DNA of 64,000 nt from Mytilus trossulus (lineage: Eukaryota), in contig NC_086380.1 of assembly GCF_036588685.1 (NCBI RefSeq), positions 12,648,001 through 12,712,000 of the forward strand, given 5' to 3'. The notes under the pieces were generated by a model that was not told the origin of the DNA, did not search any database, and worked only from the letters and a program-made list of their open reading frames with translations. This document shows positions 53,713-64,000 of the stretch, piece after piece. The position numbers were made by a program, and so were the translations under genes. Position 1 is the stretch's first letter, and the number at the start of each line of letters is the position of its first letter.

Positions 53713-54181
53713 CCAAGAAACATAAGTAATGTAGTCGGCAAAGTAGTCTTGTCACTAGCTAGAGGAATACATATTTTGTTGCATACCTCTTGGAATAACT
53801 TCAAAGTATTGCCAACTTTTGATGTTTGACTCGACTCGACAAAAAGAAAATCATCTAAATAATGAAAGATATCATCGTTTCCGCTTTTGGATAGGATAAA
53901 TCTTGAATAAGTCTGAAATTCCAATCCTTTTTTGACACTAGCCCCATTGGTGATACCTGAAGTGTGGGAAAAGGTGGGTATCTGAAAGGACCAGAAATGC
54001 GACCAACTTTAACTTTTGTCAATAAATTTTCATTAAAATGTTTGGGTAGCTGTAATGCACTGTTTAAATTGGAACACTCCCTTGGTTCCCTAGAGCCATA
54101 ATAATTAAATGAAAAACCGTATTTGAAACCAGATATAATTTGTGAGTAAAATTCTAAATAATTTTCTAAAACTGATACTTT

Positions 54182-54449
54182 TATACTTTCCTTTGCCAAC
54201 AAAGGTCTCGATGGCGTCAACTTCAGCAATATCCTTCATCATGAATTAGTTCAATCGAAAATAACTCCTTATTTCAAAGAACAGTCTGTACCAATCATTC
54301 CTTATACCTATATCAAACCTATTGCAACTAAAACTTTCAATTACAAACACGTTTTGAAGGATCTCGATATTGACGACTTCAAGTCTAAACCTCCTGATTG
54401 CACTTGTGCTAATTCCCGATTCACATATAATCTTGCTGGCCACGTTATA
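54182..54449 (+). mobile_element. Penelope-like element ORF fragment (N-terminal to RT)
   Basis: LSFANKGLDGVNFSNILHH...PIIPYTYIKPIATKTFNYKHVL...PPDCTCANSRFTYNLAGHVI, recognised from memory as a bivalve PLE segment. Confidence 0.6.
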
Positions 54450-54748
54450 ACATGTATCATTTGATTTTTAAAGGATTCAGGGTTTTAAAATGTTGTTCTT
54501 TATTTTATGTCCTGCCTTTTTATCTGTCACTCTATTTAGCCTTGCCTTTTCTAGTAGTTTATCTTGATCTCAATTAATACATTGTTATCCTACCTTGTTA
54601 GTAGCTACAGGTTACAATACAATTTTTCGAACTCCACTTAGTAAATAACAAAACATTGTAATTGGCAGACATATTTTATTGAAAACCTCGAGAAAATTAC
54701 AATGTGATCCACAAATAAAGTATCAGGTTTCCAAGGTAGAAGCAATTT

Positions 54749-57700
54749 ATAGTAAAGGTTGTAAATTGTAATGTTGTTATGTATGAATGAAAGTTACATG
54801 TACTTTAAACCGTAACTGGTAATCCTATAGTGTATTGTTTTTATTAATGAATGAAAGTTACATGCGTTTTATTGAGAATGAACAATGAATATAACAAACA
54901 TTAACATTAATTATATGGTTTAGGTCAGGCAGACCGAACAGAGAGAATTCTCTCTCTTTTTGTATTGTATTGTATATTTGATATGTTTTTCTGTATTTTG
55001 TTTCTACTTAGTTATATAATGTTCAACTACGTTAAGTGTATCACATATGAAATTAATAAGACTGTAAAGCCAAAACTAGATAATGGCTAATTATTGTATC
55101 AATTTAACTTCTCTTAATGTAAATGGCTTTGGAAACGATTTTAAACGCAAATCCATGTTTCTTTGGTTAAAAAAATTTCAAAGCGACATCATTTTCTTGC
55201 AAGAAACACACAGTACTGAATCGTATGAAACTATATGGAAAAGGGAATGGGGTGGAGATATTTATTTTTCGCACGGGGAAACGAACTCTAAAGGTGTTGC
55301 TATTTTGTTTAACAGCTCAACAGATTATATATTAAAGGAAAAAATTGCAGATGAAAACGGAAGGTATCTCATTCTAACTGTTGAAATTGAAAACACAGAT
55401 TTTGTTTTTGTGAATTATTATGCACCGACCAAAAACTTTGAAAATGACCAAATTGAATATATTGAAAAATTAAAAGTTTTATTAAATGAAAAGTTAGAAC
55501 AAAATCTCGTTTTGGGTGGAGATTTTAATACGATACTAAATCTATCTTTAGACAAAATGGGTGATTCAAAATATAACACACCTGTCAAATATACGAGTAA
55601 ATTAGAAGATTTTATAGAAGAATTTGACTTATGTGATATTTGGAGGACAAAAAATGTTGACTCTAGATTATATACTTGGCGTCAAAGAACCCCGCTTATA
55701 CAATGTCGCTTAGATTTTTGGTTGATATCGAATTTTTTGTCAAGCAGTGTTACAAAAACATCCATTGTTCCGTCTATAAAATCTGATCATAGTCTTATCA
55801 AGTTGACACTGTCAGGCGAAAACTTCAGTGAGAGAGGTCCCGGTTTCTGGAAATTCAACTCGGGTTTATTGACAGACAAAGATTATGTGGATATAGTCCA
55901 AAATACTTTATCAGAATGTGATGATAAATATCAAAATTTAGAAAATAAAAATTTAAAATGGGATACCATTAAAAGTGAAATAAGGGGCGCAACCGTCAAA
56001 TATTCCAAATATAAAAACATGAAATTGCGGGAAAGAGAGTCCAGTTTAAAAAAACGACAAGACGAAATTCAGAAAAATCTCTCTCGTACATATTTAGATA
56101 AAGATATAAATACACTTTTAATTGAATTAGATATTGTTAAAGAAAATTTAGAGCAAATAGTAAATAATCAAACAAGAGGGGCTATTATACGATCACATGC
56201 CGAGCACTGCGAAGGCAATGAAAGAAATTCAAAATATTTCTTATCATTAGAAAAACGTAATTATAAAAATAAATGTATTAACAAATTAGTTGTAAACGAC
56301 ATTGAAATATTGTCACAAGAAAAAATTCTAAACGAAGAGAGAAATTTCTACGAAAATCTGTACTCATCAAAAGAAGACCCTGATAAATATTCAGGTGATT
56401 CTAACTTTTTTGATTTAAATTTTATTCCTAAGCTAACAGATCTGGAAAAGGATATATGCGATGCAGATATTTCAGAATCTGAGTGCGTTAAAGTTTTAAA
56501 AACATTTAAAAATAATAAAAGCCCTGGTACAGATGGGCTTACCGCTGAGTTTTACAAATTTTTCTGGATTGATGTAAAAAAAATATGTTTTGGAAAGCTA
56601 TGAATATTCCTTCGAGACCGGAACCCTCTCAATAGACCAAAGACGGGGTATTTTGACTCTTATTCCAAAGAAAGATAAAGATAGAACACTCTTGTCGAAC
56701 TGGCGACCTCTTTCTCTCTTAAATTTTGATTACAAATTATTAGCCAAAGTTATTGCGGAAAGAATGAAATTATTTCTTCCGAAACTTATAGATCCGGATC
56801 AGACAGGATATGTGGCTGGTAGATATATTGGTGAAAATCTACGACTAATTGCTGATATTATATTGTTTACTACTTTAAAAAATTATCCAGGGCTTATATT
56901 ACTAGTCGATTTCGAAAAGGCGTTTGATACGCTAGAATGGAAATTTATTCAAAAAGCATTGGCTTGTTTTAATTTTGGTAGCAAGTTCCGGAAATGGGTC
57001 TTAACTTTATACTCAAATATATCTAGTCTTGTCGTTAATAATGGATTTAGTTCTAGTCCGTTCAAAATTGAGAGAGGTGTTCGACAAGGGTGTCCTTTGT
57101 CTCCTTTTTTATTTATTTTGGCCGTTGAACTGCTGGCAATAAATATTCGTAAGAACAACCATATATCAGGTATAAAAATTGGGGATACTGAAATAAAAAT
57201 TTCACAGTTGGCTGATGATACCACTTGTTTTTTGAAAGATGTATTTTCTGCGCAAATTTTATTAGATTCCTTTAATGATTTTGTGAAGTGTTCAGGGTTA
57301 AAAGTCAATTTTTCGAAAACCGAAGCAACATGGATTGGAAGAAATAAATTAAACAAAGAAGGTTCCCTTCCTATTAAATGGACAGATGGTTTTAAAACCT
57401 TAGGTTTAAAATTTAACGCTTTTGATGAAATGGTTTGTTCTAACTTAGATTCATGCATAGAAAAAATTTAATCAATTATTAAAATGTGGAGGATCAGAAA
57501 CCTTTCCTTGATCGGTAAAATCGTAATTCTTAAATCACTTGCAATATCGAAGCTTATTTATGTCATTTCATCTACACATGTACCAAGATCTTATGTAATT
57601 AAAATACAAAGGGACATTAATAACTTTTTATGGAATGATAGTACTCCGAAAGTTAAATCGGAAGTTATTCAAAAGTGTCCTAGCGAGGGGGGACTGAAAG

Positions 57701-59102
57701 CACCAAATTTTAAAGTACAGCTGTTATCCTTTCGTATCATGTGGGTAAAACGATTTTTGTCAGAACATGACTCTAAATGGAAACATGTTTCCAAAGCATT
57801 CTTCTCCCTTTTTGATTTAGAGGACTTATTTATGAGCAGATGTGAATTTGAGTTTTTAAATTTAAAAGCACCTCTTTTTTATATAGAAGTGCTATCTGCT
57901 TGGAAACGTTTCAAGGGTATTTTCATCCCGTTAAATGCATTTCATGTTAGAAAAGAATTTATTTGGTTCAATCCGTTTATCAAGGTTAACAGAACGAGTA
58001 TTTTTTTACAGATCTTGGTACACGAAAGGCATAAGGTTCATTAATGATATTGTAGATGATAAAGGCGAATTTTTGTCTCATGAGGCTATTAACAAAAAAT
58101 ATAATTTGAATGTTACTTTTGTAGACATTCTTTCTATTAAACTTGCTATACCACGTGACTGGAAAGATTTGTTATTACAACAACACATGTCACCTAAGAG
58201 CAACTCTTTTGGATTCGTTTTTGAGCATGAGAATAAAAAAATGCCTATTAGCAAATTATATACTAAAGATGTATATTCACTTTTTATCGATCGGGTAAGT
58301 GTTTCTCCTATTTCACAACAAAGGTGGGAAGAAAGTTTTAATATAGAAATTAGTGACGAAAAGTGGAACAATATTTATTCACTAGCTTTTAAATGTACTA
58401 TTGAAAGCAAACTACAAGCTTTTCAATATAAAGTGTTAAACAGAATAGTCTCACATAATTATCTCCTTGAAAAATATAAACTGTCTTTAACTAATGAGTG
58501 TGCCAGTTGTAAAGAAATAGAAACTATAGAGCATTATTTTTTTGAATGTATAGAAATAAAACGATTTTGGAGAGAATTTTCTAATTGGTGGCATTTAGTT
58601 TTTGGAGTAAAAATATTTTTTAATAAATACAGTGTCATTTTTGGTATATTGAATTCTGATAACTTAGTGTTAAACTATTGTATTTTACAGGCAAAGTATT
58701 ACATTCATTATGTTAAGTACACACAATTAGACAGATTGTTTATATCTGTGCAAGCTTTTCTCAAATTTTTTAAAAGACGTCTGGAGATATTAGAATATTT
58801 ATATCTTTCTAAAGACAAGCACGAGTCATTTGTCGACAGATGGGGGGAATTTATGGAAGTTATTAATTAAATTTTATTCTCGATATGATCATGTATATTT
58901 AATGTATTCCAAAGTATCTTTTACCTGTATCATATACCGATTATTCACATCATTTACTTGTATTTGTTTTTACTGTCTTATTCGTAAAATATCAATAGTA
59001 TGACTATGCCATATGTCAATCACTTATATATTGTAAAAATGTATGTATGTATGTATGCACTGTAGCTTGAACACCAAAAAGATCAATAAAAAATTTAAAA
59101 AA
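54749..59102 (+). mobile_element. Tx1/L1-clade LINE, 5'-truncated (ORF2 only), young insertion
   Basis: 16-bp TSD aaggtagaagcaattt at 54733-54748 and 59103-59118; AATAAA at 59085 and an A-rich tail; empty site visible in GT25 copy 1 near 5559. Confidence 0.95.
55083..58870 (+). pseudogene. LINE ORF2 (AP endonuclease, RT, C-terminal zinc finger) with 2 frameshifts and 1 stop
   Basis: SLNVNG, LQETH, GGDFN, SDH; KSPGTDG, DFEKAFD, GVRQGCPLSP, LADD; CASC...ETIEHYFFEC. +1 in A8 at 56576-83, TAA at 57469-71, +1 in T7 at 58001-07. Confidence 0.95.
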
Positions 59103-59511
59103 AAGGTAGAAGCAATTTTGCGAGCGTCTTCAGTATCCGATATGTATTTGGTCCCCCCAAACCACCAGGACGGATAAATTAGCAAAGGGTTGGTGGCAAC
59201 AGCTTTCAAATCATTTGGGTAAAATAGTTTCTTCCTTTCTTCCCTGAAAAAAATTCCCTGAGATTTTGATCTATAAATCAATAATAAATTCATATAAATT
59301 TTAGACTTAGATGCACGATATGTTTATACTTATATAGTTGTTATTGGCTTTTAGTTAGCTGACAGTAACTACAAGTACTCTCAGATCTGTATTTGGTCTT
59401 CTTTTTGTAGGGATGCATATGTTTTTGTTAAATGTATTTCTATTTGTATCCATCTTATGAGGTAAGACTTTTTAAAGATTTTTTAAAGTTAATTTTTATT
59501 TTGGGGTTCGA

Positions 59512-59555
59512 GCGTCACTGATGAGTCTTTTGAAGACGAAACGCGCGTCTGGCGT
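59512..59555 (+). ncRNA. Type I hammerhead ribozyme, second repeat subfamily
   Basis: gcgtca CTGATGA gtctt(ttg)aagac GAAA cgcgc GTC tggcgt; intact core and stems. Confidence 0.85.
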
Positions 59556-59592
59556 ATATACTAAATTTAGTCCTGGTATCTATGATGATATC

Positions 59593-59707
59593 ACAGTAGC
59601 ATGGGTTCGAATCCCGGCGAGGAAAGAACCAAAGATTTGCGAAAGCAAATTTACAGATCTAACATTGTTGGGTTGATGTTTCGACGAGTTGTATATATAT
59701 TAGACTC

Positions 59708-59750
<43 letters not shown>
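59593..59750 (+). mobile_element. Truncated tRNA-derived SINE-like fragment ending in (TA)n
   Basis: B-box GGTTCGAATCCC near 59603; (TA)n at 59709-59750; absent from duplication copy A. Confidence 0.6.
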
Positions 59751-59752
<2 letters not shown>

Positions 59753-62632
59753 TGTTAGTTATTCCTGTGTGATTTGGTCTCTTTTTGGAGAGTTGTCCCG
59801 TTGTACCACATATTATGTCTATGTATATATAAGTACATTTGACCCATTGACAACTCTACGACATATTTCATCCATCGGATCACCAGCGATGGCGATACAA
59901 GGCTGAAAATACATTATGTATATATGATTCTTCTTAATAACAGCTCAACAATATAAGATCTGTAATTGTGCGGAATATCCTCATATAGACGAAACCTGCG
60001 CCTGGCATGAACAATTAAATCTGTGATGAATGTTTACAACATCTGAGTTGATGTTTTTGATTGGTGGATGTCTTATATAAGGATATCACTACCCCAAAAG
60101 TATTCATTCTCGTGCTGACATGAGACATCATTAATATGTTGTTTTGTTGTTCAATTACTGAGTTTTACATTTTGATTTATTCTATCCCTCCTTCAGTTTT
60201 TGATTGCCTAAGCCGTATTTGGCTAGTGTTTTTCGGAATGTCCGGTATCTAAACAACCACCAACACCGCACAAAGACAACCAGTTCAAGAACGGGAGCAA
60301 TCAATGAAACCAATAAGCTTTCAACTCGTTTTATAAAAGAATATAATTAGCAGTTATATAGACATACATATGTTTTGAAGCTCAAATTGGCAATGAAAAC
60401 AGGAAATGTTTCAAAGATACAACAACACAACCAAAGAGCAGAAAACATCACATGACAACAATGAGTCTTCAACACAGCAAGAAAAATGGACGTCGCACTA
60501 CGTCTGTTTATATAAGAAAAATAATAATTTATTCGTATAACAATAAACTCATCATAGCTTCTTTGTTCATATAATAATAACTTCATCATAGATGCCAGGA
60601 TTGTTTTTTTTGTTACACAGATGCGCGTGTCGTCTACAAAAGATGTAGTCTCATCTGTAACGCTCGTATAAAAAAAAATGAAAAGTCAAAACAGAACGAA
60701 GTCAAAGAGAACATTGATGACCCAAACAATGTTATCAAGTGTCGCCAAAAGAAGCTAAGTTTATCTATTCCTGTGGTAGAAAATCATTCGTATTTCGAAA
60801 AATGCAAAGTTGAGTAAAATGTTAATTTATAACTATGACCATTTCAATAATGCTTGTCAATACTTGTCATTATTAAAGTTCTTAATTATAATCCTGGTAC
60901 ATTTGATAACTACTTACATTGGATGTCTATTGTACATAAGTGGTATCAACTCGTCGGTTGGAACAAGTTTGTGTAATGGTTTTTGCTTCAGTGTCTTTTT
61001 TTGCACCTTTTCTTGTGATTGCATACGCTGACGCCCAATAGGAAAAATCTGGCCACTTTGCAAAATGCGTTCCGTCCATATATTTATCAGCAGTTTCATG
61101 CATGGGCTTGCGTCCCAAAAATCTACAACAAATCAGTTGTTTAGTATACAGGAAAAAAATCGACCATACTAACACAGTTTTGCAATTTGGTTGTATGTAA
61201 TAGAGAAGGTCGAATGTAATGACGCAAATAATCTTCGTTTGTGTAAGGTAAAGTTACGTCGATCTACTGTCACTTGGGTAACACATTTACACTCACAATA
61301 AAATGTCTAGATAGAAAATGCAATCGAAAAACTATATTATTAGCAATTCATTTCTGACAACAGACTAAGATGTTTAATGATGATAATTCATTTCAAGATT
61401 TTGCAGCTGTCGACATTTTAGATATCTATCGACAACCCAATGTATAATTTTTTATCGAAACGAAACTATGCTGATGCATTCAAACATTTATTTTTTCGTA
61501 ACGAAAGATACGTGCACAAATTATGTTTTGATTTTTTCGTTTCCCTTTTAATCCCTACTTTCCCTACATTTTTAGGTCTAACACAATCCACCGATTCTCT
61601 TAGCCCTTTTAATAAGATGCTTTCATAGCTTTTGAGTTAATACTTTTAGTCACACACACTAGCGAAAAAATATACAAATTGAATTTTAGTTTCCATTGCG
61701 TTTCCTCTTCAATGATCTCATTGTGGACATCAAATAAAGAAATAAAACTTATAGAACATGTGTTAAATTTATATCTTGCTAATTGTCATCCTAAACCACA
61801 AGTGAAAAATCTACAGTGTCACGAATTATTCAAGTCTTTCAAACAGTAAAAATAATCGAAGAAAAGACTTTTGTGTCAACCCATGACTGCTGACTACCAG
61901 ACGTATGTTAATGTGGGACACAAAACATCCACCATCACAGGAATTGAATCATAGTTTGTTTTATCTCTTCAAAGGTCAAGTTTACTCACTTGGTACGCAT
62001 AACGTGCGTAACGAATACACAATACGCTTAGCCTTTGAGTAGTAAACACTGAGTTTCAAAATAATTTTTTTTCGGTTTAACTCAGACAAAGGGATCTTTG
62101 TAGGCTTTAACGAGAGAGAAAACTGTGCTAAATCTGTAGAATGAGGGCAAAAAGGTTTTCCTCAATCCACGAATATTGGAATTCATGAAAATAGAAGTAG
62201 ATTATATTTCGTTGACCTTGAATCAATAATACTCACAAAAGATCCCAATCAGGAACAAACTCTTCTATATCGGCAAACGACCTTGACAATTGTTTGCGAA
62301 ACATAGGAACGAATTGTGCATCATCTTCTAGTATCAAAACTCTTCGGTAATTCTTCACTATCATCTATGAATATATAAAATAAAAAGCAGAATAAAAAGC
62401 AGAATATTTTCCAATTTCTAAATCGATGTATCGTTTTGGTAATGTACTTATATTTTGAATACTCGCTGTAAATGAGTGTGTAATAAGAACCATTTTAATT
62501 GGCATATTTGTTCCCTTATTTTAAATGATTTTAAATTTGAATGATCAACACGAATTGTTGAAAAAAAATAATTTTGCAGAATCCTATATCAAATGTAAGC
62601 TAAGAACTCTAAACACCAGATTTGCATATAAA

Positions 62633-63846
62633 TAAGTGATATAGATACAACGGATAAGCGTTGATACCATGAGCCCGCAGGGCGAATGGTTTGTTTTTCA
62701 TGAATCAACGCTTCTTCATTGTATCTATAACTTAAACTATTGTGATAATGTCTTTTCAAAATTAAAGCCTATTCTCAATTAGAAGGTATTGTAAGTGAGT
62801 TTAAATAACCATGTGATCGTGACAAACGATGCATTACAGTAAATTATATATTACAATCTTAAATGGTTAAAACAATACACATACATGTTTTACAAAACAC
62901 GTCTGCCCACAAAGATTTACATTTATCAGGCATCTGACTATTATATGTTTTGACAAAATGAGACATATTTGATCTTATTTCTAATAAATTGAGAATGAAA
63001 ATGGTGAATGTGTCAAAGCCGGGAACAACAACTTGACAAAAATCATATATATCGTATATATAAAGCATGTATCCGTAATTTCTAACAAGATGTCTTATTT
63101 CTAGACACATCACGATTTTCTAGCAAAAGAATTTGCGTACAGAGTATAAACAGATAAAATCTTACTATATTGATTTATAAAACAAAAATGAACACTTATA
63201 ATGTAAACATTTTCGTTTGAAACATGTGGAATAGCTAACAATGATCCAATAATAAACGACCAAACTCGCTTTTATTAAACAAAATATCCACAATAACTTA
63301 AAAAACAAGAAACAAAACAGAAAAACTAGAGAATAGGGACAACAACAAAAAAAGACCAGGATTCGAACCTAAGCCGACAAGTTCTAACTCATTGAACATA
63401 ACCACGAAAACTTGCGGCTACCAACTCATACTATACAATTGCCTATTAATGTATATATAAAGGTACAATCCATGTGTGTCCGTTGTACCAATGTATATCA
63501 AATATTCATTTATATATATAAATTAGACAAATAAATGGTAACCAATTGGTAGCCGCGAGGTTATGTCGATATGTTGATGTTAGTGACACTTAAGAGAATT
63601 CATGGACGGGTTCGACTCCAAGTGCAGGCATATAGAAATCACAAAAATTAAAGGTAAGTTTTTAAAATAATTCCATTACTGAACAGAATTCAGTAAATTG
63701 GCCTTTTCAACCTTAATGTAATTAGGCACACAAAGGAAACAAAAGAATATAAAATGGTGAGTCAATTTCAGCGACGGATTAAGAAAGCGTTGATTCTAGA
63801 AAAAGAATCCACGGTAAATGAATAGGCTGACGTCACCACTATGGTT
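62633..63846. mobile_element. 1.2-kb insertion with a terminal hairpin and two divergent tRNA-like segments
   Basis: Absent from copy A (gcatataaa|taaaggaaac at ~9420); TAA at both junctions; inverted repeat at 62633-62734; A/B boxes at 63355-63424 (-) and 63546-63629 (+). Confidence 0.75.
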
Positions 63847-64000
63847 TAAAGGAAGCAGAACTATACCGCTCTCCAATAGTTATACTTCATTCAAACGAAC
63901 TAAAAATACCGGCAAGATACTAAAACCGAGGGGAAACCATTAACTATAAGTTTAAAAAATGTCAACAAAAACACTGAACTACATGAAAAGCAAACGACAA

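Larger units (their letters stand above)
49990..54181 (-). mobile_element. Degenerate Ngaro/DIRS element (RT-RNase H-YR-SGNH)
   Basis: GPFRYPPFPTLQVSPMGLVSKK..FRLIQDLSYP and FHYLDDFLFV (RT); VDNQAAVQIIN (RNase H); AFFGLLRVGEI, FRSHS and LGRWMSYAFSRY (YR); IIIHCEANDL and IIIWSSML (SGNH). Ends approximate. Confidence 0.88.
54723..62364 (-). pseudogene. GT25 gene copy 2 (3' exons 62364-62237, 61122-60918, 59243-59103), disrupted or altered; continues beyond window
   Basis: Exons match copy 1 with conserved splice sites; +1 T in a T7 run at 60996-61002; last exon split by the LINE, with the original LET* left at ~54723-54734. Confidence 0.88.
54455..64000. repeat. Segmental duplication copy B (GT25 3' region) with copy-specific insertions
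   Basis: Colinear with 5421-9570 except for the LINE, the hammerhead/SINE block and the 62633-63846 insertion. Confidence 0.9.

Noticed and set aside
56949-58371. Antisense ORFs of 169 and 97 aa
   Set aside because: Shadow frames of LINE ORF2.
63546-63629. Functional tRNA gene
   Set aside because: A/B boxes are present but I could not fold a proper cloverleaf; treated as tRNA-derived.

Overview
AT-rich, repeat-dense animal DNA; the repeat families and genes point to a bivalve, probably a Mytilus mussel (inference). There are two host gene types, each present twice in the order GIMAP(+) / GT25(-) / GIMAP(+) / GT25(-). The first type is an AIG1/GIMAP immune GTPase: terminal exon 1182-2047, and a second copy at 36593-41320 with a short upstream exon giving an N-terminal MGNKPS myristoylation-type motif. 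The second is a spliced glycosyltransferase family 25 (COLGALT C-terminal-like) gene: 7 exons at 5549-13670, and a second copy from 54723 to beyond 62364 whose last exon is interrupted by a young Tx1/L1-clade LINE with a 16-bp TSD. Mobile DNA between the genes includes an internally deleted BEL/Pao LTR element inside one unit of a 4.45-kb tandem duplication, Ngaro/DIRS tyrosine-recombinase retroelement relics (two with SGNH hydrolase remnants), CACTA-, Kolobok- and Harbinger-like MITEs, and Penelope and other LINE fragments. The most striking non-coding signal is a family of type I hammerhead-ribozyme repeats (retrozymes): a ~357-bp tandem array at 51821-52710 plus dispersed copies. Each monomer carries a second structured module that reads as a hammerhead-like motif on the opposite strand or as a pseudoknot. 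All alignments and coordinates were worked out by eye.
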